In this document: one piece after another, positions 44,008-50,004 of the stretch
Numbering within the stretch: the first letter of the stretch is position 1
Layout of the letters: each line of letters starts with the position of its first letter
Virus record (IMG/VR): IMGVR_UViG_3300036857_000138
Span: 1 to 50,004 of that record
Reading direction: 5' to 3' (one strand)
DNA length: 50,004 nucleotides
DNA from: a virus
Lineage: Duplodnaviria > Caudoviricetes
Program-made: the position numbers and the translations under genes
Notes under the pieces: model-generated
Database searches by the model: none
What the model was told of the DNA's origin: nothing
What the model saw: only the letters and a program-made list of their open reading frames with translations

Positions 44008-44296
44008 CGTCGTCTGCCTCCATGTCCGCCGCCAGTTGCCCGGCGGCGAGGACGTAGTCGCCGATATGGCTCTTGCAGCGCACGTCGAAATCGTCGTCGG
44101 ACTCGCCCGGCCCCGTTCGCACGACGACCGTAACGTCGTGGAACGGGTGCCCCGAAATCCCTTGCTTGCGCCGGTCCCGATCGCAGACCGAGCAGCGCCA
44201 GCCCGCCGCCCGCTTGATCCGGTAGTTCCGAATCCGGGCGTGCCGCAGGACTTCACGCCGCTCGGCCTCGATCTCGGCTTTCGTCTTCGCGCTCAG
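43985..44296 (-). CDS. Cys/His protein, HNH-like remnant (start uncertain, possibly CTG)
   Basis: RAAGWRCSVC...H...RCKSH. Confidence 0.5.
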   Translation of the reverse strand: MSAKTKAEIEAERREVLRHARIRNYRIKRAAGWRCSVCDRDRRKQGISGHPFHDVTVVVRTGPGESDDDFDVRCKSHIGDYVLAAGQLAADMEADDDAGDKQG

Positions 44297-44634
44297 ACGC
44301 CTAGTTTCTCGCGGACCCGGCCCTTGAACGTCCGCAGGGCGGGGATGCCGTGAGGACGGCGGCCGTTGCCGTTCGCGTGGCCGTTGCCGTTCGCGTGGCC
44401 GTTGACGGCGACCGGCGTCGGCTCGGACGGCGTCGGGTCCGTGATCGTGATCGGCGTCCCCGGCGGCTGCTGGGTCGGCGCATCGTGGGGGACCGGCTCG
44501 AACTGCGAGGGCGAGATTTCCTGCTGGCGCTCGCCGACGTACACGTTGCCGCAACCCGCCGAGTAGGCCGTCACGGTGACGACCTCGCCGGTCTGCTTGT
44601 GCCGGATGCGGTCGCCTACTTGAACCTGCTGCAT
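44293..44634 (-). CDS. Hypothetical protein with SH3-like N-terminus
   Basis: QVGDRIRHK.TGEV.TV; strong SD; 18-bp tandem repeat encoding NGHANG twice. Confidence 0.7.
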   Translation of the reverse strand: MQQVQVGDRIRHKQTGEVVTVTAYSAGCGNVYVGERQQEISPSQFEPVPHDAPTQQPPGTPITITDPTPSEPTPVAVNGHANGNGHANGNGRRPHGIPALRTFKGRVREKLGV

Positions 44635-44661
44635 ATCTGCTTCCTTCCGTTGATTTTTGGG

Positions 44662-44817
44662 TCAGTCGATCGCGTAGTCGAAGGGTCGGTGGCGGTAGCC
44701 GTTGCCGAAGCTCGGGAACCGCCAGGGCAGGGGCCAGGGGCGAAGCCAGGACGCCGGGGGGCGGGGCCGGAGCGCCCGGCGCTGATCGAGTTCGCCGGTG
44801 ACGGCCGCCCGCCCCAT
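44662..44817 (-). CDS. Small Pro/Trp-rich hypothetical protein
   Basis: 51-codon ORF filling the gap, ending RPFDYAID. Confidence 0.35.
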   Translation of the reverse strand: MGRAAVTGELDQRRALRPRPPASWLRPWPLPWRFPSFGNGYRHRPFDYAID

Positions 44818-44830
44818 ATGCGCCCACGTT

Positions 44831-45106
44831 CTAGGCATCCGGCAACCCGAGGGCGTCGGCGAGGGTCAGGACCTCTTCGAGCGCGGCGGCCCGCTCGGCC
44901 TCGTCGAGGGCCATCACCCCGGCGCTCGCCTGCCGCTCGACCTGCTCGCCGATCCGCCGCAGGGTACCGGCGAGGATCGTCTCGCCCTTGCCTTGCTCGG
45001 CGAGTTCGCGGGCGAAGCGGTTGACGGTGACGGCGGCGATATGGGCCTCGGCGATCGTCAGTTGCAACGGGATCGGTCGGTCAGCGAGATCACGCCGCTC
45101 AGTCAC
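44831..45106 (-). CDS. Hypothetical protein
   Basis: Short overlap with the HTH gene. Confidence 0.6.
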   Translation of the reverse strand: MTERRDLADRPIPLQLTIAEAHIAAVTVNRFARELAEQGKGETILAGTLRRIGEQVERQASAGVMALDEAERAAALEEVLTLADALGLPDA

Positions 45107-45299
45107 GCCGGGTTTCCCGGTAGCGGATCACGTCGGCACGTCGCCAGACGGGTTTCCGATCGTCGTCGTCGAGTACGTCGATCGGACGCGGGAAACCGGG
45201 CCGGTCCTCGATCTTGAAGACGGCCTGCTTGCTTACGTCCAGTAGCGATGCGATGCCCCGGCGGCTTACCAGCGTGCCGGGGCGGATCAGTTTCTTCAC
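45099..45299 (-). CDS. AlpA/excisionase-like HTH regulator
   Basis: IASLLDVSKQAV......PGFPRP......VWRRADV; leaderless GTG. Confidence 0.82.
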   Translation of the reverse strand: MKKLIRPGTLVSRRGIASLLDVSKQAVFKIEDRPGFPRPIDVLDDDDRKPVWRRADVIRYRETRRD

Positions 45300-45301
45300 G
45301 C

Positions 45302-45616
45302 CTACGAGGATACCTGATCGCGTTGCCGACCGTCAACTTGCTCGACCCCGAGGATCAGCAGCGCCCGTTGCCGGTCGGTCAGCCGTTCGACCCGAATCCC
45401 CATCTGAATCCCGGCGCGGGAAAAGAGTAGGCGAGTACGAGTCGGCCCCCATTGCGGCATCGCCTGCACGAGCGTCCCGACCGGCATCCTCGCCGCCCGC
45501 TCGTCCTTGAACGCTGCCCTGATCCCCAGCCCGGCTCGTAGCTCTTCCCGCAGGGCGTGATGCGCCGCCCTGACGCGGTTCGCTTTGCGTAGTGCTTCCT
45601 GCTGCTGGGTCGCCAT
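45302..45616 (-). CDS. mihF: Actinobacterial integration host factor (mIHF/sIHF)-like protein
   Basis: ALRKANRVR....L...L..G; MPV..L..A.P..G......L.....I......LTDRQRALL follows the mIHF H2TH pattern. Confidence 0.78.
   Translation of the reverse strand: MATQQQEALRKANRVRAAHHALREELRAGLGIRAAFKDERAARMPVGTLVQAMPQWGPTRTRLLFSRAGIQMGIRVERLTDRQRALLILGVEQVDGRQRDQVSS
45307..45337 (-). promoter_or_regulatory. Early-type promoter/operator, copy G, driving the HTH gene
   Basis: GTTGccgaccgtCAAC 45322-45337; TTGACG-N18-TATCCT-N7-GTG. Confidence 0.8.
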
Positions 45617-46130
45617 CCTTCGGTATCGGTGCGCGGTTGCAGAAATCCTCGAACTTGTCGGCCGACGCGAAGATCGACGACGGGTACCCACTCCAAGAGT
45701 CGTAGCGTTTCGTCGATCCGTTCTTCCGGGTCGTACTGTAGGGGTCGAACGCGGCCCCTGCTATCGCCCGCCGGATCATGTCCTCGCCGTACTGATCGTT
45801 TTCGAGGAACGGCAGCGCCGCCCAGAACCGATCGGCGGTGAAGGCCGAGCGCGGGTGCCCGGTCGCCGCCCGCCACTCGTAGAAGAGCGCCCGGACGCGG
45901 TCGAAGAGTGGGTGCCGCCGGGCCTCGGCGGCTTTGTCGCGCTTGAGGTTCTCGAACCGCAGATGCTCGGCCTTCACGTCGCGGGTCAGCCCGGCGATAA
46001 CGTCGTTGAGTTCCTGCACGACCGTCTCGAACTCGCCGACGACCTCGCCGCTCGGGCCGATCACTCGCAGGCCCGCAGTCGGCGGCGGATCGACCGGCCG
46101 CAGGTGGCGGGGTGCAGGCTCGGCGCTCAA
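45333..46130 (-). CDS. Replication-initiator C-terminal-like protein
   Basis: LFYEW....H....T..R...AI.G...DP...Y.....IF..A.K.E.F; TTGA overlap; its C-terminal tail overlaps the mIHF gene. Confidence 0.55.
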   Translation of the reverse strand: MSAEPAPRHLRPVDPPPTAGLRVIGPSGEVVGEFETVVQELNDVIAGLTRDVKAEHLRFENLKRDKAAEARRHPLFDRVRALFYEWRAATGHPRSAFTADRFWAALPFLENDQYGEDMIRRAIAGAAFDPYSTTRKNGSTKRYDSWSGYPSSIFASADKFEDFCNRAPIPKDGDPAAGSTTQSEPRQGGASRPAGRATSRAGDQGSVQGRAGGEDAGRDARAGDAAMGADSYSPTLFPRRDSDGDSGRTADRPATGAADPRGRAS

Positions 46131-46378
46131 TGCCAGTCCTCGGAGTCGGGGCAGGTCGCGTGATGCGGGACGAAGCGCGGGAACGGGTCGGCGAAGAGCG
46201 ACGCGGTCGGTGCCAGCGGCACGTAGCGGGCGAGCTTCACCGGGCGGCCTTCCTCGTCGGTCGCCTCGTCGAGGGTCCAGCGGCCTTCGGGGTGCGGTTT
46301 CACGTCGAACGGTTGCCGTCTGCCCTTCTCGGTGACGGCCCAGACGATCTCGGCCCCGCAGGATCGGCACGCGCTCAC
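46127..46378 (-). CDS. Zinc-binding protein (paralog 2)
   Basis: CRSCGA.I.W..T..G...P.D..P...G...HHATCP. Confidence 0.72.
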   Translation of the reverse strand: MSACRSCGAEIVWAVTEKGRRQPFDVKPHPEGRWTLDEATDEEGRPVKLARYVPLAPTASLFADPFPRFVPHHATCPDSEDWH

Positions 46379-46653
46379 GATGCCTTCGCCGCCTGCCGTC
46401 GTTTCCATTGCGCCCCGTAGCCGCCGGTGGCCGGGCAGGTGGCCGAGTGCGGTATGTAGCGGGGCCGAACATCGCGGCCGCGAATATCGTCGCGGGGCGG
46501 CGAGTAGCGGGCCTGTAGGAACCGCGTGCGAGCGCCGAGGTCGATCAGGACGAAGTCGCCTTCGGGGTCGGGCAGGGCGTCGAACCGCATCAGTTTCCCG
46601 GCCGCGTTGACGACGTAGATCGTCCGAGCGCCGCAGTCGAGGCAGACGGGCAT
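46375..46653 (-). CDS. Zinc-binding protein (paralog 1)
   Basis: CLDCGA......GK.M.FD..P.PEG...HSATCP. Confidence 0.72.
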   Translation of the reverse strand: MPVCLDCGARTIYVVNAAGKLMRFDALPDPEGDFVLIDLGARTRFLQARYSPPRDDIRGRDVRPRYIPHSATCPATGGYGAQWKRRQAAKAS

Positions 46654-46934
46654 CAGGCCGCCCTCGAAACCCAGACCCGCATGATCTGCCCGAGCCGGGA
46701 GAGGTCCGCCGTCCCCGATAGCGATTCGATGATCCCCTGCTGATCGTCGATCACGATCCGTTGCCGTTCGATCGTCCGCCGTTGATCCTCGATCCGCTCT
46801 TCGGCCTCGATCAATCGCATCCCGGCCTCGATCTCGTCGGCGTCGGATCGTTCGACGGCCTGCGCCAGCCGGTCGAGTTCGCGCCGGGCGAACCGGAGCC
46901 GAGTGCGGTGATCGTCGCGTTTTAGGAGACTCAC
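46653..46934 (-). CDS. Coiled-coil protein
   Basis: Heptad-rich; TGATG coupling. Confidence 0.65.
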   Translation of the reverse strand: MSLLKRDDHRTRLRFARRELDRLAQAVERSDADEIEAGMRLIEAEERIEDQRRTIERQRIVIDDQQGIIESLSGTADLSRLGQIMRVWVSRAA

Positions 46935-47169
46935 GCCCTACCCCGCCCGCTCGCGGTGGCGACGGCTCGGCGAGAGTCGCCTCGCCGATCGGAGCGGTTT
47001 CGGGTCAAGCCCGCACGCCCCCCTGATAGGTGCCCTCCGCTCAAAATGCTCGGCCCTCACTCCCAGACGCGCAGGCCCATCCGCCGCCAGGCCCCTTCAA
47101 GATCGTGCGTCGCTTGACCGGCCCCTCTAACGGGCGAGCGACCGGCCCTAGTGCGCGACATGTCATCGG

Positions 47170-47394
47170 TCAGCGCGGGTCGGCGGCGACGAGGTCTTCG
47201 TCGTCTTCCCCGGCTTCGACGACGCGCTCGTCGGCGTCATTCTTGACCGGCTGCATCGGCCCGATAGCGAGCCGCTGCTCAAGTTCGGATCGGCGGCGCG
47301 TGGCCTCGCGCTCGTGCGCTTTGCCCATGTCCTTGAGCCGACCTCGAAGATCATCCGGGCCGGTTCCGCCGCTTGTTTCGGTAGCCTTCGCCAT
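47170..47394 (-). CDS. Hypothetical protein
   Basis: ATG just after a perfect hairpin. Confidence 0.5.
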   Translation of the reverse strand: MAKATETSGGTGPDDLRGRLKDMGKAHEREATRRRSELEQRLAIGPMQPVKNDADERVVEAGEDDEDLVAADPR

Positions 47395-47469
47395 AGAACT
47401 ATTCGTCAAGTTCCAGACTAACGCCGGGGTCGCCACCCCGGCGTTTGTCGTTCCCGCTCTTTCCGCGAA

Positions 47470-47814
47470 CTACTGATCGACCCGCTCGACCCAGACGGGC
47501 CGAAGCAGGTGGCGGCGCTCGACTTCGACGACCTCGCCGGTCTTCGGGTCGTGCTTATCGACGAAGTGAACCTCGTCGCATCGGACGCGGACGGCCAGGT
47601 TGATCACCTGACCCTTGTCGTACTGGCCGACCGGGACCCGGATCGAGCCGCCGATCAGCTTCACCGTCGCCGCGTTCACCGGCGACCCCCCGCAGTCGAG
47701 CGTCAACTGCTGGCCGAGGCCCTCGACCTCGACGTGCGGAATGATCTCGGGTTGCTCGTCGGCAGCCTCGCCCGGATGATCGGCGACGGGCGGGTCCAAC
47801 GTTCCAGACTCCAT
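47470..47814 (-). CDS. Hypothetical protein
   Basis: GAGGAAGGGA SD. Confidence 0.7.
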   Translation of the reverse strand: MESGTLDPPVADHPGEAADEQPEIIPHVEVEGLGQQLTLDCGGSPVNAATVKLIGGSIRVPVGQYDKGQVINLAVRVRCDEVHFVDKHDPKTGEVVEVERRHLLRPVWVERVDQ

Positions 47815-48203
47815 ACGCTCTATCCCTTCCTCGGTAGAATCGGTTGCGGATCAGTCACCGTCCGCATCATCGCGGACCGCTCGGACGCCGCGCCTACTGC
47901 TTGCGCGGCGTTCGTCGTTGAGGGGATCGGGTAGAGGCAAGAGCCTCGGCAGTCCTGCGCCGATGCCCGGTCCCAGATACGCGAAGACCGCCTGCGCTGG
48001 GCGGTCCTCGCCGGGGCCGGGCGACACGGCATATAGCCGGGCCTTCCCCCCCGTTGCCTAGTGAGGGTCGTGAGCCGTCCGGCGGTTCTGACAGGATCGT
48101 CGGGCGGCGGTGACGATGACGCCTCGGCTCGAAGCGCCTCCCGAGCATCCCGAGTCGAGTCCGAAGCCGGTCCTACCGACCCGATCCGGGGACCGGCCTC
48201 TCG

Positions 48204-48386
48204 TCAGCGGGGATCGGGGTCGCCGCCGCGCCGCTCGTTCATATCGTCGGCGACGGCCTCGGCTTCGGCCTTCGTCTCGAAGACGTGGGGCAGCAGCGAG
48301 CAGCCGCCGTAGCGGTGGCGGGACCGGGGCCATTCGACCCCGATCCGCCAGCCGCCATCGAACCCTTGCCGGGCCGTGAACTTCAC
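48204..48386 (-). CDS. Hypothetical protein
   Basis: GTGA overlap; FETKAEAEA.A..MN motif. Confidence 0.6.
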   Translation of the reverse strand: MKFTARQGFDGGWRIGVEWPRSRHRYGGCSLLPHVFETKAEAEAVADDMNERRGGDPDPR

Positions 48387-48658
48387 TCGGCCCACCGATC
48401 CTTCGTCGTCTCGAAGTCGGCGACACCGGCAGCCCGGTAGTCGTCGCCTTCGCGGACCTCGATCACGATCCGGTACCGGCCATTCGTCGTCAGCCGGAGC
48501 AGGTCGTCGAGCTTGCGAGCGGCCCGGATCACGCGGGAGACGTGCGGGGCCGGATCGCGGCTCGTGCCGAGTTCGTTCCGAATGTCGGCCTTGATCCGCC
48601 GCCGGTCGGTCCGGCTCGCGGGCCTCGGCCCCTCGGTCTTGATCATCGCGCCGGTCAT
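48383..48658 (-). CDS. Hypothetical protein
   Basis: ATGA overlap. Confidence 0.6.
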   Translation of the reverse strand: MTGAMIKTEGPRPASRTDRRRIKADIRNELGTSRDPAPHVSRVIRAARKLDDLLRLTTNGRYRIVIEVREGDDYRAAGVADFETTKDRWAE

Positions 48659-48771
48659 CGGGCCAACGTCTTACGACGGCGAAGCTCGGCGGCCGCTTCG
48701 GCGGCGAGCTTCACGTTGCGGGACCGCACCGCCAGCATCAGCCGGTGAGCGGTCATCGTGCGGACGTTCAT
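48655..48771 (-). CDS. 38-aa basic peptide
   Basis: AGAAGGGAAG SD; first gene after promoter copy F. Confidence 0.6.
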   Translation of the reverse strand: MNVRTMTAHRLMLAVRSRNVKLAAEAAAELRRRKTLAR

Positions 48772-48790
48772 GCTGCTTCCCTTCTCTCGT

Positions 48791-48839
48791 GGATCAATCA
48801 CTTCGGGAAGAGTAGCAGGTCCGGTTGCCGACCGGCAAC
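48791..48839 (-). promoter_or_regulatory. Early promoter/operator, copy F
   Basis: Palindrome 48824-48839 (1 mismatch); TTGCCG-N18-TACTCT; 7 nt; GTGATTGATCC. Confidence 0.85.
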
Positions 48840-49090
48840 TAGAAGGGTGCCTCGTCGCCGAACTTCGAGCCGTCACCGGTGGCCTTGATCTTGGCCTTCG
48901 TCTGACGCCCTGAGAGGCCCATAGCGACGATGTAGGCCCGTTCGATGCTGCCGGTCACGATCACCGACCGATGGACGCCTACGACCTTGTAGTCGCCTCC
49001 CTTGAGGCGTTCGACGATCGCCCCGTTCTTGAACCGGCAGACGCCGTCGTGGCGGGCGAGTTCCTGCCGCAGCCCGACGATCTTCGCCAC
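48839..49090 (-). CDS. Hypothetical protein
   Basis: GTG start after a hairpin; ends DEAPF. Confidence 0.6.
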   Translation of the reverse strand: MAKIVGLRQELARHDGVCRFKNGAIVERLKGGDYKVVGVHRSVIVTGSIERAYIVAMGLSGRQTKAKIKATGDGSKFGDEAPF

Positions 49091-49104
49091 CGGGACCCCG
49101 CCGC

Positions 49105-49156
49105 CCCGCCGGGGCGTTCCCTCTTGCCCCGGCGGGTTGGCGGTAGTGATTGATCC
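49105..49156 (-). other. Inverted copy of the early leader motif next to an 11-bp GC hairpin
   Basis: GTGATTGATCC on the plus strand at 49146-49156; stem 49105-49115/49126-49136. Confidence 0.6.
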
Positions 49157-49166
49157 CCCCCGTTCC

Positions 49167-50004
49167 TCAGAACGGGAAGTCGTTGCGGATCGCGGCCTCG
49201 GTCCGGCGCGGCCTCGGCTTCGCCCTCGGGAGATCAAGCGAGGGCAGGTGCATCGCCAGCGCCGCCGTCCGGTCGGCGTAGCGGAAGACCGCCGCCGTGT
49301 TCTCGGGGACCGCTTCGGCGGCGACGAGGTTCTGCTCGTTCGCCGGTGCGAGTTGCGCCGCCGGGCCGACGTAGAGGACCCCCGACTCGCGCATCCGGGC
49401 GACCCCCCGGCCGCCGACCTCGTAGGTCGGTAGCTCGGCGATCCCTTCCTCGGGTTTGTAGCCGGTCGCCCAGATGACGCGGTCGTAGCGAGCGCCATCG
49501 ACGTAGGCCCCGTCGTAGCCGACCGCCGGGGCCGAGGCCCGCCGCGAGATCGGGTTGATCCGGCCCGCGCCGTTGCCGTTGCGGGGTAGCTCGCGGCCGA
49601 TCCCTTTGTAGCGCGAGCGGTTCGAGCTTTCCCAGTTGCCCGCCCCGAGGCAGGATTCGGGCACCCCGTACCAGTCGATCTTCGCCACGTAGTCGAGGCT
49701 CGTCGCCGTCCAGCCCATCGCCGGACCCTGACCGATCAGGGCCTCGACCGCCGTCTTGCCCGAGTCCCCGGCCCCGACGACCGCGACGCTCGTCAGGCCC
49801 CGGAGCGGGAACGGGTCGTCGAGCGAGGCGACGAACTGCTCGTAGTGCTGCATTCGCACCCCGTCGCAGGCCGCCGGGACGATCGGCTCGCCGAGGCCCG
49901 TCGCCCGGATCACGCGGGTCGTCTTGATCACGTCGCCGCCGTCGAGGGTGACGCTCGACGAGTCGCAGGCCGTGACCCGACGGCCGACGAGGACTTTCGC
50001 CGTC
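49167..50004 (-). CDS. FAD/NAD(P)-dependent oxidoreductase, C-terminal half (continuation of 666..1)
   Basis: VAVVGAGDSG (NAD(P)H Rossmann motif), DRVIWATGY. Confidence 0.8.
   Translation of the reverse strand, partial: TAKVLVGRRVTACDSSSVTLDGGDVIKTTRVIRATGLGEPIVPAACDGVRMQHYEQFVASLDDPFPLRGLTSVAVVGAGDSGKTAVEALIGQGPAMGWTATSLDYVAKIDWYGVPESCLGAGNWESSNRSRYKGIGRELPRNGNGAGRINPISRRASAPAVGYDGAYVDGARYDRVIWATGYKPEEGIAELPTYEVGGRGVARMRESGVLYVGPAAQLAPANEQNLVAAEAVPENTAAVFRYADRTAALAMHLPSLDLPRAKPRPRRTEAAIRNDFPF
49854..50004. repeat. Terminal direct repeat, right copy
   Basis: Matches 1..151 with two substitutions. Confidence 0.97.

Noticed and set aside
44362-44403. 18-bp tandem repeat as a regulatory or diversity-generating element
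   Set aside because: In-frame coding duplication (NGHANG twice); no reverse transcriptase or template repeat seen.
46935-47169. tRNA or other known RNA in this gap
   Set aside because: Only short hairpins and a 9-bp direct repeat; no cloverleaf or T-loop consensus recognised.
48030-48052. G7 run plus TATATG as a tenth late promoter
   Set aside because: Spacing is 9 nt rather than 12 and no convincing gene follows.
4396-48839. Dispersed palindromes as CRISPR repeats, att sites or transposon ends
   Set aside because: They are kilobases apart and each has promoter geometry; no recombinase or transposase is present.
226-49433. Long plus-strand ORFs (e.g. 3306..4340, 27128..28489, 23481..24638, 21811..22893)
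   Set aside because: Antisense shadows of real minus-strand genes, expected in high-GC DNA; no motifs or start signals.

Overview
The window is a complete, circularly assembled (~49,853 bp plus a 151-bp terminal overlap) high-GC tailed-phage genome with a contractile tail (sheath, tube, baseplate). The host is most likely an actinobacterium: the phage carries an mIHF-like gene, uses many leaderless starts, and has no recognisable LysB. Almost all genes are on the minus strand. The late region (40.7 kb down to 14.3 kb) runs terminase, portal, MuF, protease/scaffold, capsid, neck, tail, baseplate, lysis. The early region (14.1 kb down to 0, continuing from 50 kb down to 40.9 kb) carries RecT-like and RecB/Cas4-like recombination genes, RusA, ArdC, ParB-like, mIHF, a flavin-dependent oxidoreductase that spans the assembly junction, and many small unknowns. 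I found no integrase, DNA polymerase, helicase, tRNA or CRISPR array. Main signals read directly from the DNA: (1) a canonical -1 slippery heptamer with a downstream stem near the end of the portal gene, which would fuse portal to a wHTH-MuF-zincin ORF that has no good start of its own; (2) nine copies of a late-promoter motif GGGGGT-N12-(-10 hexamer), eight followed 6-8 nt later by a leaderless start codon, one nested inside the protease gene to express the scaffold; (3) a family of early promoters whose -35 lies inside a 16-bp palindrome GTTGCCGATCGGCAAC and whose transcripts would begin with GUGAUUGAUCC, plus one antisense copy of that leader next to a strong hairpin. All product calls come from motif recognition and gene order, not database searches.
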